DNA of 64,000 nucleotides from Candidatus Zixiibacteriota bacterium. GTDB lineage: Bacteria > Zixibacteria > MSB-5A5 > GN15 > JAAZOE01. Position 1 is the first letter of the stretch. Every line of letters starts with the position of its first letter. Below the pieces are notes generated by a model. It was not told where the DNA came from and did not search any database. It saw only the letters and a program-made list of their open reading frames with translations. This document shows positions 10,469 through 20,675 of the stretch, in pieces. A program made the position numbers and the translations under genes. The DNA is taken from positions 37,828-101,827 of the forward strand of contig JBDREQ010000039.1 of the NCBI GenBank assembly GCA_043819555.1. Reading direction: 5' to 3'.

Positions 10469-10738
10469 TTAATAAGTGTCACTGAATTTTCGCTTAAAAA
10501 GTTTCACCAATGCCTGGGAAGCTTCCTTTTCATCGCTCCCTTCAACCCGCAGAATGAGCTTGGTTCCATGCTCTGCCGCCAGAGCCATAACACCCAACAT
10601 TGATTTGGCGTTTATTGTCATGTCCCCCTTTACCAGAAATATCTCGGATTCAAACTGCGCCGCTACTTGCACTACCCGGGCGGATGGACGGGCATGAAGG
10701 CCTAATTTATTTGTTACCGTAACCGTTTTCTCTATCAT
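10469..10738 (-). CDS. ptsH: Phosphocarrier protein HPr
   Basis: GLHARP (His15) and NAKSMLGVM (Ser46). Confidence 0.96.
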   Translation of the reverse strand: MIEKTVTVTNKLGLHARPSARVVQVAAQFESEIFLVKGDMTINAKSMLGVMALAAEHGTKLILRVEGSDEKEASQALVKLFKRKFSDTY

Positions 10739-10739
10739 G

Positions 10740-11840
10740 CTAGACCGCGATGAACCGTTTCCCCGATAATTGTTTGATCAAACCGCGCAATTCCAAACTA
10801 AGCAAAAACCCCGAAACATTATTGGCCGTCATGCCTGTCTTGCGAACCAAAAAATCGATCTGTTTGGGTGAATCCGAAAGAATATCAATAATCAGATTTT
10901 CACCGTCGGACAATTCTTCAACCATCTTCTTACCCGGGGCAATATAGTCATTTTTTAATTCCGGCAGTACTGAAAATATATCATCGGAAGAGATTAATAT
11001 CCGCGCGCCGGTTTTGATCAGATCATTGGCGCCCAGTGATTGCTTTGATGATAATTGTCCCGGAACCGCAAACAACGCCCTTCCCTGCGATAAGGCCAAA
11101 TCAGCCGTCAACAACGCTCCTGATTTTTCACCGGCTTCCACTACGATTACAGCCTTTGATAGCCCGGAGATTACCCGATTGCGCCGAGGAAAATGCCCTG
11201 GGCTGGGTCCGGTTCCGGGGAAAAATTCTGATATCACGGCGCCGTTTTCGCTAATTTCCCGATATAGTTTTTTATTTTCTCGCGGATAGATGACATCGAT
11301 GCCCGAACCCAAAACAGCCAGCGTTCTTCCTCCCGCCTGCAGCGCTCCCCGATGCGATGCCGAATCGACCCCAATTGCCATGCCGGATACGATTGTAACA
11401 TTTTTGGCAGCCAATTCGCCGGCCATTTTACAAGCAGTCATCCTTCCATATTCCGAGGCATTACGAGACCCAACCACGGCAACGGCATTAATATCCGACG
11501 GTCCAATATTACCCTTTACAAAAAGAAACGGAGGCGGATCATAAATCTCAGATAAGGAAAGGGGATATTCCTCATCAAGAAGCGTTATTATATTTATCCC
11601 GTTTTTTCCTGCCCATTCCTCCAACCTTCGGCCATAATTCAAATCCAGCCTTGTTTTTATTCGGACGGCTAATTCATCACTTATTCCTGGAATCTGTTTA
11701 AACTTATAACTATCCCAATCAAGTATATCCGAAGCCCGTTCGATTCGTGACAAAATCGCCCTGATTTTTACCGGTCCTATATTTCCGACTGCGGCCAAAC
11801 TCAAAATAATCGCGTGTGGGCTGACAGTACCTTTACTCAT
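10740..11840 (-). CDS. dprA: DNA-processing protein DprA
   Basis: VVGSR, IVSGMAIGVD, FPRRNRVISGLS, VVEAGEKSGAL; C-terminal winged helix. Confidence 0.95.
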   Translation of the reverse strand: MSKGTVSPHAIILSLAAVGNIGPVKIRAILSRIERASDILDWDSYKFKQIPGISDELAVRIKTRLDLNYGRRLEEWAGKNGINIITLLDEEYPLSLSEIYDPPPFLFVKGNIGPSDINAVAVVGSRNASEYGRMTACKMAGELAAKNVTIVSGMAIGVDSASHRGALQAGGRTLAVLGSGIDVIYPRENKKLYREISENGAVISEFFPGTGPSPGHFPRRNRVISGLSKAVIVVEAGEKSGALLTADLALSQGRALFAVPGQLSSKQSLGANDLIKTGARILISSDDIFSVLPELKNDYIAPGKKMVEELSDGENLIIDILSDSPKQIDFLVRKTGMTANNVSGFLLSLELRGLIKQLSGKRFIAV

Positions 11841-12813
11841 CGCCGGATTCTACACCTGCCAGTAATTGATTAAGCAATTGTTCAATACCCTCCCCTGAGA
11901 CGGCTGAAATAAAACGATAATCGGAATATTTCTTTCTCATTTCAGCAAGTTTTTCCGAATCAATTATATCCGTTTTGTTTATTGCTTTCACTATCGTGCG
12001 CCGAGTTAATTCGGGATCATATTTCCTGAGTTCTGAGAATAAATTCTCATATGTAATTTCGATATCCGATTCATACCCATCTATAATAAAAAGCAAAACG
12101 GCCGTTCGCTGAATATGTCGCAGGAATTGGTGGCCCAAACCTTTACCCGTGCTGGCCCCCTCGATAATACCCGGAATATCAGCCATCACCATTGTCTTAT
12201 AATCATGCATTTTGACAATGCCCAAATTGGGAACCAAAGTTGTGAAGGGATAATCGGCTATTTTTGGTTTGGCGGAGGTCACTCTTGATAGTAGAGTCGA
12301 TTTACCGGCATTGGGATAACCGACCAATCCAATATCAGCCAGAAGTTTCAACTCAAGGGCTAATTTAATTTTTTTCCCCGGCTGCCCGGGCGTAGCCTGC
12401 CGCGGGGTTTGATTGGTGGATGATTTGAAACTGTCATTCCCTTTGCCGCCCTTACCTCCAGGGGCGACGACGAATTGCATTTCATTTTCATCGAGATCAA
12501 TAATTATATCTCCGGTATCCATTTCTTTTAATAAAGTACCTACGGGAACTTTCAAGACTACATCCTCACCATTATGGCCGGTTTTCAGGCTCCCCATTCC
12601 CGGATAGCCTTTTTGGGCTTTGTAATGGCGTTTATATCTAAAATCCAACAATGTCCGCAAATTCTCATCGGCCTGAAATATAATATTACCACCGCGTCCC
12701 CCATTGCCGCCGTCGGGGCCTCCTTTGGCAATATACTTCTCTCGCCTGAATGAGACGCACCCGTCTCCGCCTCGGCCGCTTTCAATTTCTATTTCAACAT
12801 AATCGATAAACAC
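11833..12813 (-). CDS. obgE: GTPase ObgE/CgtA
   Basis: Gly-rich Obg domain, GYPNAGKS, YPFTT, DIPG, NKTD. Start moved to GTG at 12813 (MFIDYVEI), which has a GGAGG RBS upstream. Confidence 0.96.
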   Translation of the reverse strand: MFIDYVEIEIESGRGGDGCVSFRREKYIAKGGPDGGNGGRGGNIIFQADENLRTLLDFRYKRHYKAQKGYPGMGSLKTGHNGEDVVLKVPVGTLLKEMDTGDIIIDLDENEMQFVVAPGGKGGKGNDSFKSSTNQTPRQATPGQPGKKIKLALELKLLADIGLVGYPNAGKSTLLSRVTSAKPKIADYPFTTLVPNLGIVKMHDYKTMVMADIPGIIEGASTGKGLGHQFLRHIQRTAVLLFIIDGYESDIEITYENLFSELRKYDPELTRRTIVKAINKTDIIDSEKLAEMRKKYSDYRFISAVSGEGIEQLLNQLLAGVESGDE

Positions 12814-12963
12814 TAGAAGCCCCTCCAAAAGCCTGATGTGATTCTTAGTTATTATCCCGTTGCTCAATATATATTTAAACCTCGCTCAAAATCCATCACT
12901 TTTTTATACCATTAATCGTCCTGAATGATTAAATTGTAAAGTTCTAAGGAGGAGAACAATAAT

Positions 12964-13317
12964 ATGAAATGGCATAAAATCATTATGGGATTATTGGTTT
13001 TTGTTTTGGGAATAACAATCTCATGCGATAAGGCCGGCGATGATCATAAAGCGATGGATTTCGCCGGAAGAGTGACCGAGACGGATACTGCGGTTTACCT
13101 TGAAGGCGTAATCGTCACCGACAGCCAAAAAGATGCCGTCGATACAACCGATGAAAACGGATACTTTACCCTCCGCGAAATTAATTTTGAGAAGCACATG
13201 GTGTCATTTGAAAAAGAGGGATATATAAAACTTGAAATGGAAATCGATTACCCTGGAAGTTTGTCCCACCCACTAGTTAGCAAACATGTGATCCTGGAAA
13301 AGGCGGAGGATGAATAG
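12964..13317 (+). CDS. Lipoprotein with carboxypeptidase-regulatory-like (transthyretin-fold) domain
   Basis: Strong AGGAGG RBS; lipobox-like ITISC; GRVT...LEGV...TTDENGYF...KEGY pattern. Confidence 0.7.
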   Translation: MKWHKIIMGLLVFVLGITISCDKAGDDHKAMDFAGRVTETDTAVYLEGVIVTDSQKDAVDTTDENGYFTLREINFEKHMVSFEKEGYIKLEMEIDYPGSLSHPLVSKHVILEKAEDE

Positions 13318-13354
13318 TCGGCAATTATTATAGAATTTATTTTATATATACGTA

Positions 13355-14086
13355 TTATTTCCAAGATTCTGGACGGGTTAGATATTTCCCATTAGGTAAA
13401 GGTACACGATCTGGTAATTGGCTACTTTCTAAATGCCACTTTAAAATTTGTTTACAATTGGCTTTCCCGACTAAGAATCGTAATGATCCAGCGGTTTTTC
13501 TATTTGGCACCGCTAAAATAATTTTCTTTTGAGGGTATATCATGTTAATTAGTTTTATTATAGGCTCAAAATCGGTATCTCCAGACATTAATAATGCTGT
13601 GTCATATTCATCAGCATTAGCGCCATGCAACATTTGAATAGCAATATTAACATCAGTCTTCTTCTCTTCAAATGTATAGCCGATCGTATATCTTCCGTTT
13701 ATCCAACCTTTGAGAACCTTAAACCTCTTCTTGCTTGCATTGTCCTCAACAATAAATGTTCTTTCAATAGACTTAAACTTACCAAGTACCGTTTTAACAT
13801 TTCGTGTATTCAACGCGCGAATGAATACTTGATGTCGCTCAATTTTCTCGGGCGCCCACTTAGCTAATGCCGTAAAATAATAAATAGATTTTATTTCAGA
13901 ATTTTCAGGTAAAAAATATTTCCCCAAAATTGAATAATCCAACCACTTATATTTATTAAATCCAGGTGTTCTATCTAAGAAATGATATACATTGAAACCA
14001 TCAATATATACTGAAACTCTATTCGGAGATAATTTGATCTTTTCATATTTCTTAAGATAGCGTTTGGATATCTTTTCCATACGCAA
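13355..14086 (-). CDS. NYN-domain (PIN-like) putative ribonuclease
   Basis: VYIDGFN, EEKKTDVNIA and LMSGDTDF acidic motifs; visibly more AT-rich than neighbours; ATG at 14080 is a likely start. Confidence 0.88.
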   Translation of the reverse strand: MRMEKISKRYLKKYEKIKLSPNRVSVYIDGFNVYHFLDRTPGFNKYKWLDYSILGKYFLPENSEIKSIYYFTALAKWAPEKIERHQVFIRALNTRNVKTVLGKFKSIERTFIVEDNASKKRFKVLKGWINGRYTIGYTFEEKKTDVNIAIQMLHGANADEYDTALLMSGDTDFEPIIKLINMIYPQKKIILAVPNRKTAGSLRFLVGKANCKQILKWHLESSQLPDRVPLPNGKYLTRPESWK

Positions 14087-14108
14087 TCAAATTCAAAAGA
14101 CATATAAT

Positions 14109-14175
14109 AAAAAAAGCCCAAGGTCATGCCTTGGGCACCAAAGGGCTCGAAGACCCAAAGGATGTATACTTTTCA
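14109..14175 (-). ncRNA. Candidate short structured RNA / leader with intrinsic terminator upstream of the NYN gene
   Basis: Follows a sigma70 promoter and ends in GCCCAAGG-CATGA-CCTTGGGC-T7; contains repeated CCTTTGG. Confidence 0.5.
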
Positions 14176-14180
14176 TTATT

Positions 14181-14209
14181 ATTATCGTCACAGATTTAAT
14201 AATTGTCAA
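14181..14209 (-). promoter_or_regulatory. Sigma70-type promoter for the RNA/NYN unit
   Basis: TTGACA-17 nt-GATAAT on the minus strand. Confidence 0.7.
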
Positions 14210-14353
14210 GTCAATTATTAGACAAAAATATAGGATGAATTGTTCCCTAAAACTATTTTACCTTAATTATCAATAACTTACAGGCCTGCTCTTACTATTT
14301 ATAAGATAACATAAATTCGTTTTTAACAACAATTTTCAATTGATTTTGAGCCT

Positions 14354-15115
14354 TCATTTCTTAAAATACTCCGCCAGCGTATCGCGTAAATCGGAGCGGT
14401 CAATGTTTCGATACAATACACCCTGGTGAGCCAGTGAAATCTCGCCGGTTTCTTCAGATATTACAACCACAATCGCATCTGATTCTTCCGTTACGCCGAT
14501 GGCCGCTTTATGGCGCATACCATATAGTTTCCTGTACCGTGGATTTTTCGTCAGAGGAAGGGTACAGGCGGCAGCGGAAATATATTCACTCGAAATAATT
14601 ACGGCTCCATCATGTAGCGGAGTATAAGGCGTAAACAAAGTTGTAATGACTTCAGCCGATAATTGAGCGTTCAGTATCTTTCCAGTTTCAATAAAATTCT
14701 TCAGGCCGACTGACAGTTCAATAACAAGAAGTCCTCCGTATTTCAATTCCGACAGTCGTATCGCCGCCCGGGCGACTTCGTCGATAATCTTCGTACCCTC
14801 ATATTTAAAAATCATTCGAAATACGCCACTATGCCCCATCTGAGCCAGCATCCCGCGCAGTTCCGGCTGAAATATAATCACAAGAACGATAATACCAACC
14901 GTCGCGAAGCGTGTAAACAGCCACATCAAACCTTCGAGACGAAACCAAAAAGCAATAAAAGCCAAAGATAAGACCAAAATCAAGCCTGTAATCATTTGGG
15001 CTGACCGAGTGCCCTTCATCAATGTCAGGAGCTTATAAATGATATAGGCCACGATAAGAATATCGAGTAAATCAATTAATCGAAATTTGATAAAACCAAG
15101 TGAAAATAGTTCCAT
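14354..15115 (-). CDS. cdaA: Diadenylate cyclase CdaA/DacA
   Basis: Three N-terminal TMs, IFQPELR, PLHDGA, GMRHKAA, ISEETG. Confidence 0.92.
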   Translation of the reverse strand: MELFSLGFIKFRLIDLLDILIVAYIIYKLLTLMKGTRSAQMITGLILVLSLAFIAFWFRLEGLMWLFTRFATVGIIVLVIIFQPELRGMLAQMGHSGVFRMIFKYEGTKIIDEVARAAIRLSELKYGGLLVIELSVGLKNFIETGKILNAQLSAEVITTLFTPYTPLHDGAVIISSEYISAAACTLPLTKNPRYRKLYGMRHKAAIGVTEESDAIVVVISEETGEISLAHQGVLYRNIDRSDLRDTLAEYFKK

Positions 15116-15970
15116 CTAAACCTCTCGCATCGCAAACGCCATATCCAGCGCCTGCCGAGTTTGTGGCACGTCATGAGTCCTTATAATATCGGCTCCATTA
15201 TTGACCGCAATCGCTGCGACGGCAAGCGAACCGGAAATCCGATTATCCGTATCGGCTCCTGTAATCCTGCCAATAAATGTTTTTCGCGAAGCGCCAACTA
15301 ACAACGGCAATCCGAATGATTTAAAACTTTTTAAGTGTTTAATAAGCTTCAAATTATCTTCCACACGTTTGCCAAATCCAATACCAACGTCAAGAATCAA
15401 TTTTTCACGCTTAATACCATTAGCGACGGCCAGGGCAATCCTCTCAGAAAAATATACGGAGACCTCATCAATAACATCGTCATAATATGGGGCGTCCTGC
15501 ATCGATTTTGGTATTCCTTTAATATGCATCATAATTACAGGGCAATTAAATCGTTTTGCGACTCTGGCCATATCGGTGTCAAAAGCCAAGGCCGATATAT
15601 CATTAATTATATTTGCCCCCGCTGTCAACGCTTTTTCCGCGACGGACGCTTTGGTGGTATCGATTGAAATGGGAATTTCGGTAAACTCACGCAGGGATTC
15701 AATCACGGGAATGACTCTATTAATTTCTTCCTCGGCAGAAACAGGCTCCGAACCCGGGCGGCTGGACTCACCACCGATATCAATGATATCGGCACCTTCC
15801 TCAATCATGAGCCGGGCATTAGCGACGGCTTCGTCGTGGGACGAAAAATTGACAGCAAAGGAATCGGGCGTACAATTGACAATTCCCATTACTGCCGGGC
15901 GGATTAAATTTACTTGGTTGTTATCAGACAGTGCAATGGCCAGTTTTTTGTTCGGCATTAAAACATTCAA
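15116..15970 (-). CDS. folP: Dihydropteroate synthase
   Basis: MGIVNCTPDSF, DIGGESSRPG, SIDT, DVGIGFGK, SRK, RTHDV. Confidence 0.96.
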   Translation of the reverse strand: MNVLMPNKKLAIALSDNNQVNLIRPAVMGIVNCTPDSFAVNFSSHDEAVANARLMIEEGADIIDIGGESSRPGSEPVSAEEEINRVIPVIESLREFTEIPISIDTTKASVAEKALTAGANIINDISALAFDTDMARVAKRFNCPVIMMHIKGIPKSMQDAPYYDDVIDEVSVYFSERIALAVANGIKREKLILDVGIGFGKRVEDNLKLIKHLKSFKSFGLPLLVGASRKTFIGRITGADTDNRISGSLAVAAIAVNNGADIIRTHDVPQTRQALDMAFAMREV

Positions 15971-15993
15971 TATCTATCAAGAATTCTTTATTT

Positions 15994-16590
15994 TTATCCC
16001 TTTATAAGCGCAAAAGCTTCGGCTCGCGTCGCATCCTTGCGCATACATCCTCGGATGGCCGACGTTATCGTCATTGTACCCGGTTTTTTTATTCCGCGCA
16101 TCGTTAAACACAAATGTTCAGCCTCAGTAACAACCAAAACCCCTTTGGGATTTATTGTCCTGCGAATGATATTAGCCGCCTTGGACGTCATAACTTCCTG
16201 AGTAGTCGGTCGGCGCGCCAGAATCTCAATAACCCGCGCCAAATGTGAAAACCCGGTGATTTTATTGTCGTTAGGAATATAGGCGACATGAGCTTTCCCA
16301 AAAAACGGCAATAAATGATGTTCGCAAATCGAGTAAAATGGGATATCACGGACAATTACCATTTCATCCCGATTTTCGGCGGTATATAATGAGACTTTTT
16401 CGCTGGCTTTAATCCCTAATCCGGAAAACGCCTCAAGATAAAACTCAGCGACTCGTTCCGGAGTGCGCTGCAATCCCTCTCGATTGATATTTTCCCCGAT
16501 ACCCTCCAGAATCAGCCTTACGCCTTCGACAATTTTATCTCGATCAATCTGTTTGCGGCGCTTTTTCTGTGGCTTTTTCTGATTTTCCAT
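15994..16590 (-). CDS. folE: GTP cyclohydrolase I
   Basis: [33 protein letters not shown]. Start uncertain: ATG at 16590 inside the ftsH tail, or a codon near 16548. Confidence 0.93.
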   Translation of the reverse strand: MENQKKPQKKRRKQIDRDKIVEGVRLILEGIGENINREGLQRTPERVAEFYLEAFSGLGIKASEKVSLYTAENRDEMVIVRDIPFYSICEHHLLPFFGKAHVAYIPNDNKITGFSHLARVIEILARRPTTQEVMTSKAANIIRRTINPKGVLVVTEAEHLCLTMRGIKKPGTMTITSAIRGCMRKDATRAEAFALIKG

Positions 16591-18511
16591 CGGGGGGATT
16601 GATAATATTGTCGATTTCATTCCCATCGATTATTTCTTTTTCCAGTAATGCTTCGGCAAGCCTGTGAAGCTTTTCAACATTATCGCTCAATAATCTCGTC
16701 GCTGTCTCTTCGGCTTCCTCAACAAATCGTTTGATCTCGCTATCAATCAGCTGAGCCGTCGCCTCAGAGAAATCTCTTTGGTTCTGAATTTCCCGTCCCA
16801 GGAAGATATGCTCCTTTTGGGAACCGAAATCCACCGGGCCAAGCTTTTCGGACATACCCCAATTGCAGACCATTTTCCTTGCCAATACGGTTGCTTGCTG
16901 TATGTCCATTCCGGCGCCGGTATTGTATTCCTCAAAAATTAATTTTTCCGCCACGCGGCCGCCCATGGAATAAACCAGGCGGGTTTCCATATACCTTTTG
17001 TTATAGGTATGCTTATCATCGATTGGTAAATAATGTGTAACACCGAGAGCCCGGCCTCTGGGAATTATAGTGACCTTGTGCACCGGATCGGCCCCGGGAA
17101 GAAGCTTTGCGAGTATAGCATGACCCGCTTCGTGATAAGCAGTCGTTTTCTTTTCCGCGTCGGTAATCACCATTGATTTGCGCTCGGCGCCCATCATGAC
17201 TTTATCTTTGGCGTTTTCAAAATCAGACATTTCGACTGAATCTTTGTCTTTACGCGCCGCCAAAAGAGCCGCTTCGTTTACCAGATTCGCAATATCGGCT
17301 CCCGACAGGCCGGGCGTTCCTCGGGCAAGAACTTTCAAATCTACGTCATTTTTCAGTTTTACTTTACGGGTATGGACCTTAAAGATTCCCTCCCGTCCCC
17401 TGACATCCGGTATATCAACCACAATCTGGCGATCAAAACGGCCGGGACGCAAAAGAGCAGGATCCAAAACATCAGGTCGGTTGGTCGCGGCAATCAGGAT
17501 TACGCCTTCGTTTGATTCAAAACCATCCATCTCGACCAGAAGCTGATTCAGAGTCTGTTCCCGCTCGTCATGCCCGCCGCCCAATCCGGCCCCGCGATGG
17601 CGTCCAACAGCATCAATCTCATCAATAAATATTATGCACGGAGCGTTTTTCTTACCCTGTTCGAATAAATCGCGAACGCGAGAAGCTCCGACACCGACAA
17701 ACATCTCCACAAAATCTGAACCTGACATCGAGAAAAAAGGTACGCCGGCTTCCCCTGCGATTGCCCGCGCCAGAAGAGTTTTTCCTGTTCCCGGGGCGCC
17801 TAATAGAAGAGCGCCTTTGGGGATTTTGCCGCCAAGCTTTTGAAATTTGCCTGGGTCTTTCAGAAAATCTATAATTTCTGATAATTCTTCCTTGGCTTCT
17901 TCGGCTCCCGCAACATCGGCAAAAGTGACTTTGGGCCGTTCATCAGTCAATAGTTTGGCACGGCTCTTACCGAAGGAAAATATCCCCCGCGGACCGCCTC
18001 CGCCCCCGCCCTGCATCTGACGAATCATGAATAACCAGAAAAATATTAAAAGCAGCCATGGTGCTGTTGAGATTAGTATTGTCCCCCAGCTAAAACCCTC
18101 TTCACTGGCTTTGATTGCGATTCCCGCTTCTGACAGCTTTTCGACAAGTTTGGGATCTTCAAAAGGAATACGAAGGGCAAATTTCCGAAAACGTCCGCCT
18201 CCTGCCGATGTCGCGACCGTCATCTCTTCGGTAAAGCGTCCGGATAGTTTGCGATTAGTAAACTCGACCGAAGCAATATTACCCTGATCCAAATATCTCA
18301 AAAACTCTGAATAAGAAATCTGAGCGATGTCGGTATCGGCATCGCCAAAAAGACTGTAAATGACAAGGGCCGACAGAATCAACATTATCCAAAAAAAGGT
18401 CGTCCGACCGGCCCCTTTCCAGGAAGAGCCCTCTTTCTTATTATCAACTGGAGGTTTTTTGCCTCCCCCATGGGGCGGATTGGATTTATTTAAATTATCG
18501 TCAAACTTCAT
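16544..18511 (-). CDS. ftsH: ATP-dependent zinc metalloprotease FtsH
   Basis: Two TMs, Walker [26 protein letters not shown] zinc motif. Confidence 0.98.
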   Translation of the reverse strand: MKFDDNLNKSNPPHGGGKKPPVDNKKEGSSWKGAGRTTFFWIMLILSALVIYSLFGDADTDIAQISYSEFLRYLDQGNIASVEFTNRKLSGRFTEEMTVATSAGGGRFRKFALRIPFEDPKLVEKLSEAGIAIKASEEGFSWGTILISTAPWLLLIFFWLFMIRQMQGGGGGGPRGIFSFGKSRAKLLTDERPKVTFADVAGAEEAKEELSEIIDFLKDPGKFQKLGGKIPKGALLLGAPGTGKTLLARAIAGEAGVPFFSMSGSDFVEMFVGVGASRVRDLFEQGKKNAPCIIFIDEIDAVGRHRGAGLGGGHDEREQTLNQLLVEMDGFESNEGVILIAATNRPDVLDPALLRPGRFDRQIVVDIPDVRGREGIFKVHTRKVKLKNDVDLKVLARGTPGLSGADIANLVNEAALLAARKDKDSVEMSDFENAKDKVMMGAERKSMVITDAEKKTTAYHEAGHAILAKLLPGADPVHKVTIIPRGRALGVTHYLPIDDKHTYNKRYMETRLVYSMGGRVAEKLIFEEYNTGAGMDIQQATVLARKMVCNWGMSEKLGPVDFGSQKEHIFLGREIQNQRDFSEATAQLIDSEIKRFVEEAEETATRLLSDNVEKLHRLAEALLEKEIIDGNEIDNIINPPDGKSEKATEKAPQTD

Positions 18512-18529
18512 TAAGATTTTTCTCCGTGA

Positions 18530-19081
18530 CTATTTCCCAAAATCGACTACCTTACCAATAAATGGTAAATTTCGATATAATTGATTGTGATCGAGTCCGT
18601 ATCCAATTACGAAATCCTTCTCAATCGTAAAACCGGAATATTTTATATTAATATCCAGTTCGCGGCGTCCGGTTTTATTTAATAGTGTAACGATTTCCAC
18701 ACTGGCAGGTTCCAAACTATTTATCGACTTCAGGATCGAAACCGCTGTTCGGCCAGTATCAACGACACCTTCCACCATCAGGATATGTCGGCCAGCAAGT
18801 GACACCTGAGGCCCGCCGGATAAAGTCAGTTCTCCGGGCATATCGCCCGATCCGTAACTGTGAGCGGAAATAAACTCAACTTCTGAAGGAACGGAAATAG
18901 CCCTTACAAGATCAGCGATGAATATAAAACAACCTTTCAAGACGCCAAGAATAATCGGGTTTTTGTTCTCATAATCTTCAGATATTTTCTTTCCCAGATC
19001 GCCAATCACGCGTGTAATTTCATTTTGAGGGAAAAGAAGCTCAAATGGCTTCGCTTTTAATTTAACGCCTTCCGATTTCAA
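18530..19081 (-). CDS. hpt: Hypoxanthine phosphoribosyltransferase (variant PRPP motif)
   Basis: GVLKG, SY loop, VEGVVDTG, FVIGYGLD...YRNLP; conserved tilS-hpt-ftsH synteny. Confidence 0.9.
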   Translation of the reverse strand: MKSEGVKLKAKPFELLFPQNEITRVIGDLGKKISEDYENKNPIILGVLKGCFIFIADLVRAISVPSEVEFISAHSYGSGDMPGELTLSGGPQVSLAGRHILMVEGVVDTGRTAVSILKSINSLEPASVEIVTLLNKTGRRELDINIKYSGFTIEKDFVIGYGLDHNQLYRNLPFIGKVVDFGK

Positions 19082-20483
19082 TTTTCAAAATTTTCCTTGT
19101 TTGTTTAGTTATCGCAAACCTTTGGTCAATTTCTATCCCTGCCAGCCACACTACCCCCTCATTATCATATAAAACCGGCAACTCATCACGTAAAGGACGA
19201 GAGTATTTTATATCCGTCAAAAAATCCCGCGCCTTTTTTCTCCCAGGCCGTCCGTAAGGATGAAATCTGAGACCCCGTTTCAATCCCTCAATATTGAGGG
19301 GTAATCTAATGTTCTCCGCATCAATACAAGCCACTGACTTATCGCTCTGGTATCTCTCTATATCCTCACCCTCGCCTGTATATTCAAATTTAATCCATAT
19401 CCCGGGATAATCCAAATCATATCTGCCCGGAATATCAATATTAAGGCTCTTTATCTCCCGTTCCGGCCCAAAAATAAAAAATTTTTCATTCAAATAATCA
19501 GCATACAGCTCAGCGCTGATTTGAATCTTCCCGCTTTTACCGGTTTTAATTTTTTTGATCAGCCTTTCAACAAGGGCATAATCAATTTCTTCAATGCCGC
19601 AATGTTTCAATAAATGCACGACCAAACGACGTTGAAGCCATACATCATAGTCTAATTTATTTTTCAAATCAAGAGTATTCTTCCCACCCGGCGTAACAGC
19701 GTGAAGTTTTCCAAATAATTTCGAAGTATATTTGTCGAGGAACCTTTCCTCTTCCCGCAGAATTTCCGAAAAGCGAATTATATTATCCCCGGCCGAAGAG
19801 GAAATATCTTTTTCGATTAATTTCATCAGCCGATTACGTATCCGATTACGAGTGTAACGCGAACTGGCATTGGATCTATCAATCAAAAAACCAATCTTTT
19901 TGCTATCCAGGTATTCTATTATTTCCTCGCGGCTAACATCATAGAGAGGCCGAATAATATTATCCCGAAAAGATTGGAAACCGATCATCCCGTTACGGCT
20001 TGTCCCCCGTGCCAGATTAAATAGAATTGTCTCGACTCTATCATCTCGATGATGCCCGGTCGCGATTTTATTATATCCATTCTCTTTTGCTATTTGCTGT
20101 AAGGCCTGATAACGATACTTCCGCCCCGTTTCTTCAGTAGCGGTTTTTTCCTGAAGCGACAGTTTGGGAATATTGATTTCGTCTTGAAAGAACGGCGCCT
20201 CTAACTTATGGCAAATCTGGCTGCAAAAAAAAATCTCCTTTTTGGCCGCACGCGGTCGAATTTTATGATTAATATATGCCGCGGCAAGAGAGATTTTGCA
20301 TTGTTCTTTCAAACTGTAAAGAATATTCAATAATGCGACTGAATCCGGCCCTCCTGATAAAGCCACCAAAATCCTGTCACCGGGAGCAATAAGGGAAAAT
20401 CTATCTATTGTATCTTTGATTTTTCCGAGTGTTTCCAATATAAATACTGCCCTTTCAAGCCTCAGCCTATAGAATATAACCAT
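19062..20483 (-). CDS. tilS: tRNA(Ile)-lysidine synthetase
   Basis: VALSGGPDS PP-loop, ATGHH, IIRPL, RNRIR, C-terminal substrate-binding domain; true start probably slightly downstream. Confidence 0.95.
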   Translation of the reverse strand: MVIFYRLRLERAVFILETLGKIKDTIDRFSLIAPGDRILVALSGGPDSVALLNILYSLKEQCKISLAAAYINHKIRPRAAKKEIFFCSQICHKLEAPFFQDEINIPKLSLQEKTATEETGRKYRYQALQQIAKENGYNKIATGHHRDDRVETILFNLARGTSRNGMIGFQSFRDNIIRPLYDVSREEIIEYLDSKKIGFLIDRSNASSRYTRNRIRNRLMKLIEKDISSSAGDNIIRFSEILREEERFLDKYTSKLFGKLHAVTPGGKNTLDLKNKLDYDVWLQRRLVVHLLKHCGIEEIDYALVERLIKKIKTGKSGKIQISAELYADYLNEKFFIFGPEREIKSLNIDIPGRYDLDYPGIWIKFEYTGEGEDIERYQSDKSVACIDAENIRLPLNIEGLKRGLRFHPYGRPGRKKARDFLTDIKYSRPLRDELPVLYDNEGVVWLAGIEIDQRFAITKQTRKILKIEIGRR

Positions 20484-20675
20484 TCAAACGCTCAATTGAA
20501 GAAATATTTTGACAATTATTTTGCGAACCCGGAACTCACCAGTGATAACATCGTTTTTATCTTTAGAATATCAAAAACTAATGAGGCGTTTTTTATTTTG
20601 CAATTATTGGGCGGGGATTTAAATAGACTGCCCTTGACAAGATTGGCCTTTTATATATTTTAGCGCGAGGCAGAT

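Noticed and set aside
12814..12867. N-terminal extension of ObgE given by the ORF track
   Set aside because: The conserved start (MFIDY) with an RBS is at GTG 12813.
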